From the NCBI GenBank assembly GCA_963663165.1, contig OY760175.1:3360001-3424000 (forward strand): a DNA stretch of 64,000 nt, given 5' to 3'. A program made the position numbers and the translations under genes. Below are positions 16,978 to 26,804 of this stretch, one piece after another; position 1 is the first letter of the stretch, and the number at the start of each line of letters is the position of its first letter. The stretch comes from an uncultured Desulfospira sp. Lineage in GTDB: Bacteria > Desulfobacterota > Desulfobacteria > Desulfobacterales > Desulfobacteraceae. The notes beneath the pieces were generated by a model, which was not told the origin of the DNA, searched no databases, and saw only the letters and a list, made by a program, of their open reading frames with translations.

Positions 16978-19850
16978 TTACCCTGGGCAAATTTGACATC
17001 ACGGCTGAAAATCTGAAAACCGTCGGGAAAAGAGTGTATCAGGCATTAAGCCACCTGGGATTTACCGAAGTAGGTATGTCCCGGCTGTCAACGGTTTTCA
17101 TCGAACTTTTGCGTTCCTGTCTGGTCCGGGAGGCGGCGGCCAAGGTATCTGTCGGCCTGGTCAGTGACATGGCGGGCAATGGACTGGGGCTGTCCATTTC
17201 ATCCGGGGCCGCCATTTCACTGCCTGAATATGCGGTTCGTTTTTTTGACCATATAAAAATGGATGAGAGCCCTGAGCCGTTGTGGCTGTTTTCCGGGATC
17301 AAATATTTTCCCAAACCGGATCATTACCCGGATGAGGCTGCCGTAATATCGGCCAGGGAAACCCTTTCAAGGCTTTCAAGACAAGAGCTGCTCACAGACC
17401 TGATGATAAAAAACAAGACCCTTGAAACGTCGGCCAAAGAGACCAAAGCGGCCACGGAAATCAGTGAAAAAGCCTCTGAAGAACTCAAGGTACAGGTCAA
17501 TGAACTGGCCCGTGCCAGAAGGGCAATGCTCAATATCATGGACGATCTGGACGAAGCCAAACAAGAGGCCATATCCGCCACCCAGGCGAAAAGTGACTTT
17601 CTGGCCAATATGAGCCACGAAATCCGGACCCCCATGAATGCCATCATCGGGATGAACCATCTGCTGATGAAAACCCGTCTGGATGAAAAACAAAGGGATT
17701 ATGTCCAGAAAGTAAACGTATCTGCCCAGAACCTTCTGGGGATCATCAACGATATTCTTGATTTTTCAAAGATTGAGGCGGGTAAGCTGAACATTGAATC
17801 CATCCCCTTTAATCTGAACGAGGTCCTGGCCAACCTGTCCAATCTGGTCGGCATGAAAGCACAGGAAAAGGGAATTGAACTGCTGTTCTTCATGGACCAG
17901 GAAGTTCCGGTTTTATTAATTGGCGATCCCTTGCGGCTGGGCCAGATTCTCTTAAACCTGACCAATAACGCAGTCAAGTTTACGGAAAAAGGAGAGATCA
18001 TCGTCAAAATTGAACAGGTCGAAGAAACCCCCGCAGACGTCCTCATAAAATTTTCTGTAAAAGATACCGGCATCGGCCTGACCCGTGAGCAGTCCGACAA
18101 GTTGTTTTGTGCGTTTCATCAGGCAGATACGTCCACCACTCGCCAGTACGGCGGTACCGGCCTGGGGTTGAGCATCAGCAAACAATTGTCTGAAATGATG
18201 GGCGGGGCCATTGGGGTGGACAGTGAATTTGGCCGGGGAAGTGAGTTTTATTTTACGGCCCGGCTGAAAAAGCAGGCTGAAACAAGCCAGCCGTCTCAAT
18301 CCCCGGGAACAACGCTTCCCGATTTTCTTCAGGAGCTTGAGATACTCGTTATTGATGACAATAAGACATCCCGGGAAGTCCTTGGATATTACCTGAAAAC
18401 CTTTTCTTCCCATATTGAAAAGGCGTTTTCCGGGCAGGAGGCCCTGGATAAAGTTCTGGCCCGGAAGAAATCCGGAAAAAAACCCTTTGACCTGATATTT
18501 ATGGACTGGCAGATGCCGGAAATGGACGGCATAGAAGCCTCACGCCAGATTCTGGCCAACAACGATCTTGTAGAAAAAATAAAAATCATCATGGTCACGG
18601 CTTACGGCAGGGAAGACGTCATACAACAGGCCCAGGATATGGGGCTTAGTGGTTTCCTGATCAAACCGTTAACCAAATCCGTGGTCTATGATGCCGTGCT
18701 TGACGCATTTGGCCAAAGCTCCCGGAAAACCGCTGATTTTCAAAAATCTAAAGTCCTGCCCGAGGGGTTTGACCGAATCCGGGGCGCTAAAATTCTGCTG
18801 GTGGAGGACAATGAGATTAATCAGCAGGTGGCCAGGGAGATGCTCTCCTACGAAGGCCTTGTGGTGGAAATCGCCGGGAACGGGGAAAAGGCTGTCAGAT
18901 ATATTACTGAAAACTCCCGGCAGGACCCGGTTGATCTGATCCTGATGGATCTTCAGATGCCGGTGATGGGAGGCATTGAAGCCACCGTGAAAATACGGGA
19001 CTGGGAGGCCGGGACTCAGACAAAGCGCTTGCCCATTCTGGCCATGACCGCAGACGCCATGACCGGGGTCCGTGAAAAAGTCATGGATGCCGGCATGAAC
19101 GGATATCTGACCAAACCCATAGAGCCGGCCAAATTGTTTGAGGCACTGGTCAGGTGGATACCCCCCGGGGAAAGACCCCTGCCAGAAGGCTGGAAAAAGC
19201 AGGCTGATTCAGAGGACGAAATAAAACAAACGGAAATTCTGATTCCTGATCTGCCGGGGATTGACACGGTACTGGGGATGTCCAGGGTCAGCGCAAACCA
19301 GCGGGTGTATGTGGAAATTCTGGATCGGTTTTACGAACAGTTTCATTCATTCAGATCTTCTTTTAAAAAGCTTTTGGACCAGGAAGACCACGAAACGGCC
19401 TTAAGGTCGGCCCATACCCTGAAAGGGGTGGCGGGGAATATTGGTGCCAGGACGATTTCCGAGGCCGCCCGGGATCTTGAAACGGCTGTCCGGTACGGGA
19501 ACAGCCGGGATATAACCGGGACTCTTGATATGCTGGAGCCTGAACTTTCCAGGGTAATCGACGGGCTGGTTCAAAGCCGGGTGCTGGATCAGATTAAAAC
19601 CCGTGACGACCCGCCGGTCCATGGCCCCGTGGATAACGAAAAGGTATGTGCCCTGCTGGCGGAACTTTACGGTGCTGCCTCCAAGCAGGCTCCCGGCCCT
19701 ACTAAAAAGATTCTGGCACGGCTTGACAAACTGGCCATCCCCGAATCAAACCGGCCGGCTTTAAAAAAACTGCACGGCTTGATCAAAACTTATAAATTTG
19801 AAGATGCCCTGCCGTTAATTGATGGTTTACAGAAAGAAATGAAAGGATAA
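16974..19850 (+). CDS. Soluble hybrid histidine kinase (RsbT-like N-terminus, HisKA, HATPase, 2 REC, HPt)
   Basis: [28 protein letters not shown], two MDxQMP receivers and HPt AHTLKG. Confidence 0.95.
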
Positions 19851-19854
19851 CACC

Positions 19855-20943
19855 ATGTCTGATTATTCTGACTGCATTGTACTGGCAGTCGACGATACAG
19901 AGGCCAATATCGATATTCTGGTAGAGACCCTGGCAGATGAGTATGAGCTTCGGGTGGCCCTGGACGGTGAGTCCGCCCTGGCCAGTGTGGCCAAAGAAAC
20001 ACCAGACCTGATCCTTCTGGATATCATGATGCCCGGGATGGATGGATACGAAGTCTGCACCCGGTTAAAATCAGATCCCGGGACCCGGCACATCCCCGTG
20101 ATATTTCTGACGGCCATGGGCCAGGAAAAAAACGAGGCCAAAGGACTTTCCCTTGGGGCCGTGGATTATGTGACCAAACCGTTTTCCCCTGACCTGATCA
20201 AAGCCCGGGTTAAAAACCACCTGGAGTTAAAAAAGCACCGGGACCGCCTGGAGGACCTGGTTCGGGAGCGGACCCGTCAGCTTGACCTGACCCAGAGCGT
20301 CACCATCTGCTGCCTGGCCAGTCTGGCGGAGACACGAGACCCTGAAACCGGAGGACATATCCGGAGGACCCAGAATTATGTCCGGGCCCTGGCCCTGGAA
20401 CTTCAAAAAAAACCGGCTTATGAGACTCTTCTGGATAATGAAACCGTGGAACTGATTTATAAATCCGCCCCCCTTCACGATATCGGCAAGGTCGGCGTTG
20501 AAGACCGGATCCTTCTCAAACCAGGGAAGCTGACAGACGATGAATTTGAAAAGATGAAACTTCATACGGTATATGGAAAAGATGCCCTGTATGAGGCCGA
20601 GAAAGAGCTGGGCAAAAATTCCTTTTTAAGATTTGCCGGGGAAATTGCCTATACCCATCATGAGAAATGGGACGGTTCGGGTTATCCCAGCGGGGTGTCC
20701 GGAAATGAGATCCCGGTTTCCGGACGGCTCATGGCACTGGCCGATGTTTACGATGCCCTGGTATCAAAAAGAGTTTACAAACCCGCCTTCTCCCACGAAA
20801 AAGCCGTTTCCATCATTCTGGAGGGAAAAGGAACCCATTTTGATCCGGAAATGGTGGATTCCTTTATTGCCATTGGGGATCAGTTCAGGCAGATTGCCTA
20901 TAAATTTGCGGATTCGGATGAAGAAAAGGATGCCTTGACGTGA
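19855..20943 (+). CDS. REC-HD-GYP cyclic-dinucleotide phosphodiesterase (RpfG-like)
   Basis: REC followed by ETGGHI.R, LHDIGK, HHEKWDGSGYP and ADVYDAL. Confidence 0.95.
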   Translation: MSDYSDCIVLAVDDTEANIDILVETLADEYELRVALDGESALASVAKETPDLILLDIMMPGMDGYEVCTRLKSDPGTRHIPVIFLTAMGQEKNEAKGLSLGAVDYVTKPFSPDLIKARVKNHLELKKHRDRLEDLVRERTRQLDLTQSVTICCLASLAETRDPETGGHIRRTQNYVRALALELQKKPAYETLLDNETVELIYKSAPLHDIGKVGVEDRILLKPGKLTDDEFEKMKLHTVYGKDALYEAEKELGKNSFLRFAGEIAYTHHEKWDGSGYPSGVSGNEIPVSGRLMALADVYDALVSKRVYKPAFSHEKAVSIILEGKGTHFDPEMVDSFIAIGDQFRQIAYKFADSDEEKDALT

Positions 20944-21012
20944 CCCTTGAAGCCTATCCCAAAACACCATGGATTTTATTGCCTGAAGAGAACGTCAAAG
21001 AGGTTAACAACG

Positions 21013-22224
21013 TCAGCCTGCCCCAAAAATCGTTTTCCCCGCTTTGAGCCTTTCAATCTGATCATCACCCATATCCAGCACGCGCTTAAGGACCAGCCGG
21101 GTATGTTCCCCGAGAAGCGGCGCAGGAGACGTGATTTCAGGCGGTGTTTCCGACAGATGGATGGGAGATCCGATACATTTCATGGGCCCTGCCACGGGAT
21201 GCTCAATTTCCCGGATCATCCGTCTGGCCTGTGAGATATGGGGATCCTCCACCACATCCTTTACATCGTAGACCGGTGCGCAGGGGATTTGCCTGCCCTG
21301 GAAAAATTCAACGATTTCTTTGACGGACTTTTCCAGGGTCCACTGCTCAACGATCTGTTTTACGGATTCATGATGCTTTACCCGGTCGTAATTGTCGGCA
21401 AGGTTGTCGTCCTCAAGCAAATCCTGCCGGTTAATGGCCCGGCAGAAATTTTCCCACAGCTTGTTGTTGCCCACGGCAATGATCACCCACCCATCGGCTG
21501 CCTTAAACGTATCATAGGGATATATGAACTCATACCGGTTGCCGGTCCGCTGGGGGATCCGCTCTTCCACCAGGTAAATCTGGATAATGGTCTCCATGGC
21601 CGAGACCACGGAATCCACAAGGGAAATATCCACCTTCTGGCCGGGCCCCCCGTTCTTTACATGGATCAGGCTGCTTAAAATTCCGATGCAGCTGGACAGG
21701 CCGGCCAGGACATCGCCGATGGCTGTCCCGGTCCGGGTGGGCGGGCTTTCCGGCCATCCCGTGATGCTCATGATGCCCCCCATGGCCTGGCCGATGATGT
21801 CATACCCGGGCAGGTCCTTGTAAAGGCCCTGGTGGCCGAAACCGGAGATGCACGAATAAATGATATCCGGATTATGCTGCTTGATCACATCGTATCCGAG
21901 CCCGAGTTTTTCCATGGTGCCGGGCCTGAAATTTTCCAGTATCACATGGGACTTTTTCACCAGGTGCAGCAGGATCTGCTTTCCTTTTTCATCTTTTAAA
22001 TTCAGAACAATGCTTTTTTTGTTCCGGTTCAGGTTCATGAAATAGGCGCTTTCTTTTCCGATAAACGGGGGATACCGCCGGGAGTCATCCCCGGTTCCCG
22101 GGACTTCAATCTTGATAATCTCGGCCCCCATATCCCCTAAAAGCATGGTGCAAAACGGCCCGGCAAGGACCCTGGATAAATCCAGTACCCGGATGCCGGA
22201 CAGTGCCGCTTTATGGTTCGTCAT
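21013..22224 (-). CDS. CaiB/BaiF class III CoA-transferase
   Basis: LSGIRVLDLSRVLAGP, GAEIIKIE, NRNKKS, ENFRPG, PGYD. Confidence 0.95.
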   Translation of the reverse strand: MTNHKAALSGIRVLDLSRVLAGPFCTMLLGDMGAEIIKIEVPGTGDDSRRYPPFIGKESAYFMNLNRNKKSIVLNLKDEKGKQILLHLVKKSHVILENFRPGTMEKLGLGYDVIKQHNPDIIYSCISGFGHQGLYKDLPGYDIIGQAMGGIMSITGWPESPPTRTGTAIGDVLAGLSSCIGILSSLIHVKNGGPGQKVDISLVDSVVSAMETIIQIYLVEERIPQRTGNRYEFIYPYDTFKAADGWVIIAVGNNKLWENFCRAINRQDLLEDDNLADNYDRVKHHESVKQIVEQWTLEKSVKEIVEFFQGRQIPCAPVYDVKDVVEDPHISQARRMIREIEHPVAGPMKCIGSPIHLSETPPEITSPAPLLGEHTRLVLKRVLDMGDDQIERLKAGKTIFGAG

Positions 22225-24134
22225 TCACATCTCCTTGGAATTTCGCACGAAGCAGGTTTGGAAAAATGGTGATACCGCCGCAGGCTATACAGCCCGATCA
22301 TGGCCAAAAGAGCCGCCCCGGAACTGATAAGTCCCGGCAGAACCGCCAGAACGGCAACCGAAAGCCACAGCAGAATGTCCAGCCATCGGCGGCCCGATGT
22401 CCTGAGGCCGCCAAACAGGTTGGAAAAGGCCAGCACAAAAATCACCCCGGGGAAAAACGCCCGTAAAAACCCTGAAAACCCTTCCTGGGCCAGCATTCCC
22501 GGATAAATGATAAACAAAAAGGGAATCACATAGGTTACCGCGCCAAAGGACAGGGCATATTTGGCGGTTTCGGTCCATTGGGTGGCCGCGATACCCGACC
22601 CCACAAACACGGCGATACAGACCGGCGGGGTGATCACGGACAGGGTGGCATAGTAGAACACGAACAAATGGGCCACAATGGGGGCGGTTCCCACCTTGAT
22701 CAGGGCCGGGGCCAGTACGGCCGCCACCAGGACATAGGCGGCCGTGGTGGGAATGCCCATTCCCATGATCATGCAGACAACGGCCACGATCAAGGCGATT
22801 AAAAACAGCTTGTCCCCGCCCAGGCTGACGATCATGGAGGACAGGGTAATGCCAAGGCCCGTCATGTTGATCATGGAGACCATGACCTGGGCCCCGGCCA
22901 AAAGAATACCGATGATCAGCAATCCCCTTGAGGCATCCTGAAAAGCCTTGTTCAGCTGTTTGGCCGCCGGCTTTAAATCTTTGGCTGACTGAATCCGGGT
23001 AATGGGAAAGACAATCAGGGCCGCCGCCATGCCGTAAAAAGCGGCGGTCTGGATGGCATTGCCGCGAAAGATACCGAAAAACAGCCCGCCCAGGGCGGCC
23101 ACCACCGGGGTAAGCCGCCGCCAGTAAAGGATTTTCCGCCATGGGGGAACTTCGGCATCGGGCAGGGCCCCAAGGCTTCTTTCCTTGGACATGACATCAA
23201 TGGTCATGAACACCCCCAGATAAAACAAAAAGGCCGGCAGGGCTGCCGCAAGGATGATTTTCACATAATCAACCCCGATGATCTCGGCCATGATAAAGGC
23301 GGCCGCCCCCATGATGGGCGGGGCCAGCTGCCCGCCCGTGGAGGCCACAGCTTCCGTTCCCGCCGCCATGGGGGCCGGATAATTCAACCGTTTCATCAAC
23401 GGAATGGTAAAGTTGCCCGTGGTGGCCACATTGGCCACGGCACTGCCGCTGACCATCCCAAACAGCCCCGAGGCAATGGTGGCGATTTTGGCGCCCCCGC
23501 CCGGGGCCCGGCCCCCCATTCTCATGGCCAGATCAATAAAGGTCTGGCCGCCGCCGGTATTGAGCAGAATGCCCCCAAACAGGGTAAATGCCGCAATAAT
23601 GGTGGCCGCCACCCCCATGAGCATCCCCCAGATGCCCAAGTCCCCCAGCAGCAGGGTTTCCGTCACGAAGCAATGGTCAAACCCCCGGTGGCCCAGGCTG
23701 CCGGGGATATGATTTCCAAACAGGGCATAGGCCACAATCACAATCACAATCACGGGAAACACATACCCGATGGCCCGCCGTGCGATTTCAAGCACACTCA
23801 GTGAAAGGGCGGTGATCATGAGCACATGGCATGTTCTGGCCATGGGCAGGGTGGTCATGATCATATCGTAATTGACCACCACATACCCGCAGGTAAAAAG
23901 TGATGCGGCCACCATCATAGAATCAATGAGAATGCCCACCGGCCTGAGCCGGGAATCCGGCCATAGTGGATAGGTCAACACCCCGATACAGATCAGCATT
24001 CCAAGAAAGACCGCCCGTTGAATAATGCTTTCAAAAGGGCCTGTGGCACAGGTATAAAGAACAAACAAACTCAGGATCACGGACATCAGTGTTATGGCCT
24101 TGGCGCGCAATTGGCCACTCTCATTGGTTTTCAT
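22221..24134 (-). CDS. TRAP (TAXI-type) fused 4TM/12TM permease
   Basis: SGSAVANV.TTG.FTIPLMK, EAVASTGGQ..PP.MGAAAF, GMG.PTTAAY. Confidence 0.92.
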   Translation of the reverse strand: MKTNESGQLRAKAITLMSVILSLFVLYTCATGPFESIIQRAVFLGMLICIGVLTYPLWPDSRLRPVGILIDSMMVAASLFTCGYVVVNYDMIMTTLPMARTCHVLMITALSLSVLEIARRAIGYVFPVIVIVIVAYALFGNHIPGSLGHRGFDHCFVTETLLLGDLGIWGMLMGVAATIIAAFTLFGGILLNTGGGQTFIDLAMRMGGRAPGGGAKIATIASGLFGMVSGSAVANVATTGNFTIPLMKRLNYPAPMAAGTEAVASTGGQLAPPIMGAAAFIMAEIIGVDYVKIILAAALPAFLFYLGVFMTIDVMSKERSLGALPDAEVPPWRKILYWRRLTPVVAALGGLFFGIFRGNAIQTAAFYGMAAALIVFPITRIQSAKDLKPAAKQLNKAFQDASRGLLIIGILLAGAQVMVSMINMTGLGITLSSMIVSLGGDKLFLIALIVAVVCMIMGMGIPTTAAYVLVAAVLAPALIKVGTAPIVAHLFVFYYATLSVITPPVCIAVFVGSGIAATQWTETAKYALSFGAVTYVIPFLFIIYPGMLAQEGFSGFLRAFFPGVIFVLAFSNLFGGLRTSGRRWLDILLWLSVAVLAVLPGLISSGAALLAMIGLYSLRRYHHFSKPASCEIPRRCE

Positions 24135-24159
24135 GTCACACCTCCTGTACAGGGCGGGT

Positions 24160-25137
24160 TCAGTCCATCAGATGCGCTGGGATATCGGCTCCTTTTTCCT
24201 TGAAATATTTAATGGCCCCCGGGTGAATGGGGGAGGTGGCGTACTTGAGGGTCATTTCTATGAAGTCGGCACCGGCCACACTGCTCATGGCCGTACCCTG
24301 GACACTCTTATCTTCGCAGATGGCTTTGACGATGTTGTAAGCGGTCTGGTCATCCAGGTTCAGGCCCGCACTGCAGGCAACGGCAAATCCCCAGGTGGTG
24401 TAGGCGCCGATCCCCGGCCCTGCACCTGCCGGTACGTCCACAATGGAGACCTCGGGAAGGTTTTTGCGGATGGCATCAGACTGGTCACCGGTCAATGACA
24501 GAATGGAAATGGGGGTAAAGGTTGAAATATCCCGGGAAGAGGCATCCAGTTTCATCCCGGAGCCGGACTTCACATACCCCTTGATGTTGTTATCCTTAAC
24601 GGCGGTCACAATATCCGTGGTCGATCCCCGGACATAATCGGGCTGAATCCCCAGTACATTGAACACGGCTTCGCTGGTTTTTTCCGTTGCCGATCCTTTT
24701 AAGCCCGGATTGAATCTTTGCCCCTTGAGGCCGGCCAGGCTGGTGATGCCGGAATCTTTCCGGACAATGGCGTTCTGGGGGGCAATCACATAGACCCAGA
24801 GCAGTTTGGATTTGACCGGATTTTCCTTGAACTGCCCCTTGCCGGCATAGGCCTGGGACAATACATTGGTGGTGACCAGGCCGATATCGATCTGGTTTCT
24901 GGCAAACCTGCGCAAATTGTCAACCGTGGCCCCGGTCTCCACAACGGATGTCGACAAGTCCGGCACCATTGCGTTGATTACCTGAGATACGGCCACAAAA
25001 TACCCGTAATGGCTGGATGACGCAGACGTTGATCCGATGAGCATTTTCTGGGAAGCCGCCAAAGATGTCCCCCCCTGAAACGCAAAAAACAACACACCCA
25101 TGAAAACCCATCCCATCCGTTTAAATCTGAAGTTCAT
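24160..25137 (-). CDS. TAXI-family TRAP solute-binding protein
   Basis: Signal peptide, ETGATVDN and C-terminal PIHPGA.KYF; RBS GGAGG precedes ATG 25137. Confidence 0.9.
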   Translation of the reverse strand: MNFRFKRMGWVFMGVLFFAFQGGTSLAASQKMLIGSTSASSSHYGYFVAVSQVINAMVPDLSTSVVETGATVDNLRRFARNQIDIGLVTTNVLSQAYAGKGQFKENPVKSKLLWVYVIAPQNAIVRKDSGITSLAGLKGQRFNPGLKGSATEKTSEAVFNVLGIQPDYVRGSTTDIVTAVKDNNIKGYVKSGSGMKLDASSRDISTFTPISILSLTGDQSDAIRKNLPEVSIVDVPAGAGPGIGAYTTWGFAVACSAGLNLDDQTAYNIVKAICEDKSVQGTAMSSVAGADFIEMTLKYATSPIHPGAIKYFKEKGADIPAHLMD

Positions 25138-25199
25138 GTCTTGCCCTCCTTTTTTAAAAAACGCTGTTGGTGTTATATGGGTGCCGCCGGTTACCATTA

Positions 25200-25970
25200 T
25201 TACGGCTGATGTCCCATCAGCTTTGAAATGGTTCGTGCCGCATCCAGAATTTTTTCAGAGAACTCATTGAACGCTGACCGCTCGGGGCGCCGGGCGGTTG
25301 TCCAGGCCACGTTTACCGCCGCAAACGCTTCGCCTCTATGGTTGAATATGGGGGCGGCAACGGCCCGAAGGCCTTTTTCCAACTCTTCATCGTTGATGGC
25401 GAACCCCCGGGTGCGAATGGTTTCAAGTTCCTGCTTCAACATCTCTTCCGATGCAATGGTCTGTTCTGTTTTGGGGATAAAATCAATTTCCCCCAGAATC
25501 TCGTCCAGGCTTTCCGGCGAAAGAAACGCCAGGATGGCCTTGCCCATGCTCGCGCAATACACGGGCAGCCGGTCCCCGACATTGACGTTGATGTTCACGA
25601 GGTAGTCGGACATAATCCGTTCCACATAAAGGATTTGAGTGCCGCTCAGAATGGTGAGGTTGATGGTTTCGCCGGTTTCTCTGCACAATTTTTTCAGGAC
25701 GGGCAGGGCCGCCTGGTGAAGGTTCATGTTTTTCAGAGCGGCAAGACCCAAGGAAACCAGGCGGGAACCGAATTGATAGGTTTTTTTTCCCGGAGCGGTT
25801 TCAATCAGCCCGAGGTTAACCATGGTTTTAACGATTCTAAAACAGGTGGTTTTCTTAAACCCGGTCTGCTTGACGATTTCTTCAAGATTCATCTGGGCCT
25901 GGCTGCGGCTCAGGCAGTCAAGAACCAGAAAACATTTTTCAATGGACTGAATGTGATCTTTGTCTGGCAT
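25200..25970 (-). CDS. IclR-family regulator
   Basis: IQS.EK HTH, ETGET.NL, ASMGKA.LA, GLRAVAAPIF. Confidence 0.95.
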   Translation of the reverse strand: MPDKDHIQSIEKCFLVLDCLSRSQAQMNLEEIVKQTGFKKTTCFRIVKTMVNLGLIETAPGKKTYQFGSRLVSLGLAALKNMNLHQAALPVLKKLCRETGETINLTILSGTQILYVERIMSDYLVNINVNVGDRLPVYCASMGKAILAFLSPESLDEILGEIDFIPKTEQTIASEEMLKQELETIRTRGFAINDEELEKGLRAVAAPIFNHRGEAFAAVNVAWTTARRPERSAFNEFSEKILDAARTISKLMGHQP

Positions 25971-25990
25971 GGTCGCTTCTTTTGAAATTT

Positions 25991-26037
25991 ATTCCGCGAT
26001 GCGGAATTATTTTTTTTAAAATGCCGAATTGCGGAAC
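25991..26037. promoter_or_regulatory. Two candidate IclR operators
   Basis: ATTCCGC-GAT-GCGGAAT (25991-26007) and TGCCGAATTGCGGAAC (26022-26037) immediately upstream of the IclR gene. Confidence 0.6.
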
Positions 26038-26076
26038 ACGTTATCCGGGGGGTACCGGGTTGTCAAGGATTTTTTT

Positions 26077-26178
26077 GTGGGACAGGGGTGGACAGAGTGG
26101 ACGAAGTAGACCTTGTGGACCGCTAAAGCGGTTTGCCACACCAGGTCCACAAAGTCCACCAGGTCCACTCTGTCCACC
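26077..26178. repeat. Palindrome built from 9-bp tandem units (GTGGACnnn / nnnGTCCAC)
   Basis: 4-5 GTGGAC units, a ~22-bp spacer, then 4 GTCCAC units. Confidence 0.85.
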
Positions 26179-26300
26179 ATCCGATGTACGAATAATTCGG
26201 GCTGACTAAAAACCCCATTTGCATAAAAATGAATTGCATAGTATGATCTAAGCCATCACCACAAGCCCAAGCAAAAAATAACAAAACAGGGGAGAGAACA

Positions 26301-26699
26301 ATGACCATCAAACCCGTTTTTCTAACCGCTGTCTGCCTGTGTTTTATATGGGCCGGGCAAGTGCCAGCCATGCAAAGCACCAATTATAAGATCACCACTT
26401 CGGTCATGTCCTCGGGCGGGGGGACCATGACATCGGCAAGCTTTGTTTCCAGTGCAGTTCTCGGGCAGCCAAGCCCCATCGCGGATCAGGATGCGACCCC
26501 GACATCAGACAGTTACGATCTGTATCCGGGGTATCTGTACACCCTGGTCTCAGGCTCTGTCTGCATCTGGGATCTGAGTTCACCCTTTGACGGGGATGTG
26601 GACGGACTGGACTTGCATCTGTTCATTGATTACGAATATGACACAACTCAGTATCTTGAAGGGTTTTCAGGCGAGTTCGGCAGAACCGACTGCCGGTAA
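26301..26699 (+). CDS. Small secreted protein with a C-terminal dockerin/EF-hand-like Ca-binding motif
   Basis: Signal peptide (..VPA), S.NY.I..SV.S.GGG motif and D.DGDVDG.DL. Confidence 0.65.
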   Translation: MTIKPVFLTAVCLCFIWAGQVPAMQSTNYKITTSVMSSGGGTMTSASFVSSAVLGQPSPIADQDATPTSDSYDLYPGYLYTLVSGSVCIWDLSSPFDGDVDGLDLHLFIDYEYDTTQYLEGFSGEFGRTDCR

Positions 26700-26794
26700 T
26701 GGCCGCGGGCCGTCTTGGTTATCCAACCAAGAACCGCCCGCAACAAAAAATGAAAGTCTTCTCAGGATGTTAGTGAGACTTTCATACAAAAAAA
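26697..26794 (-). repeat. Repeat family B copy
   Basis: Reverse complement matches 30277-30371 and 32731-32830. Confidence 0.9.
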
Positions 26795-26804
26795 TATAAA
26801 ATAC

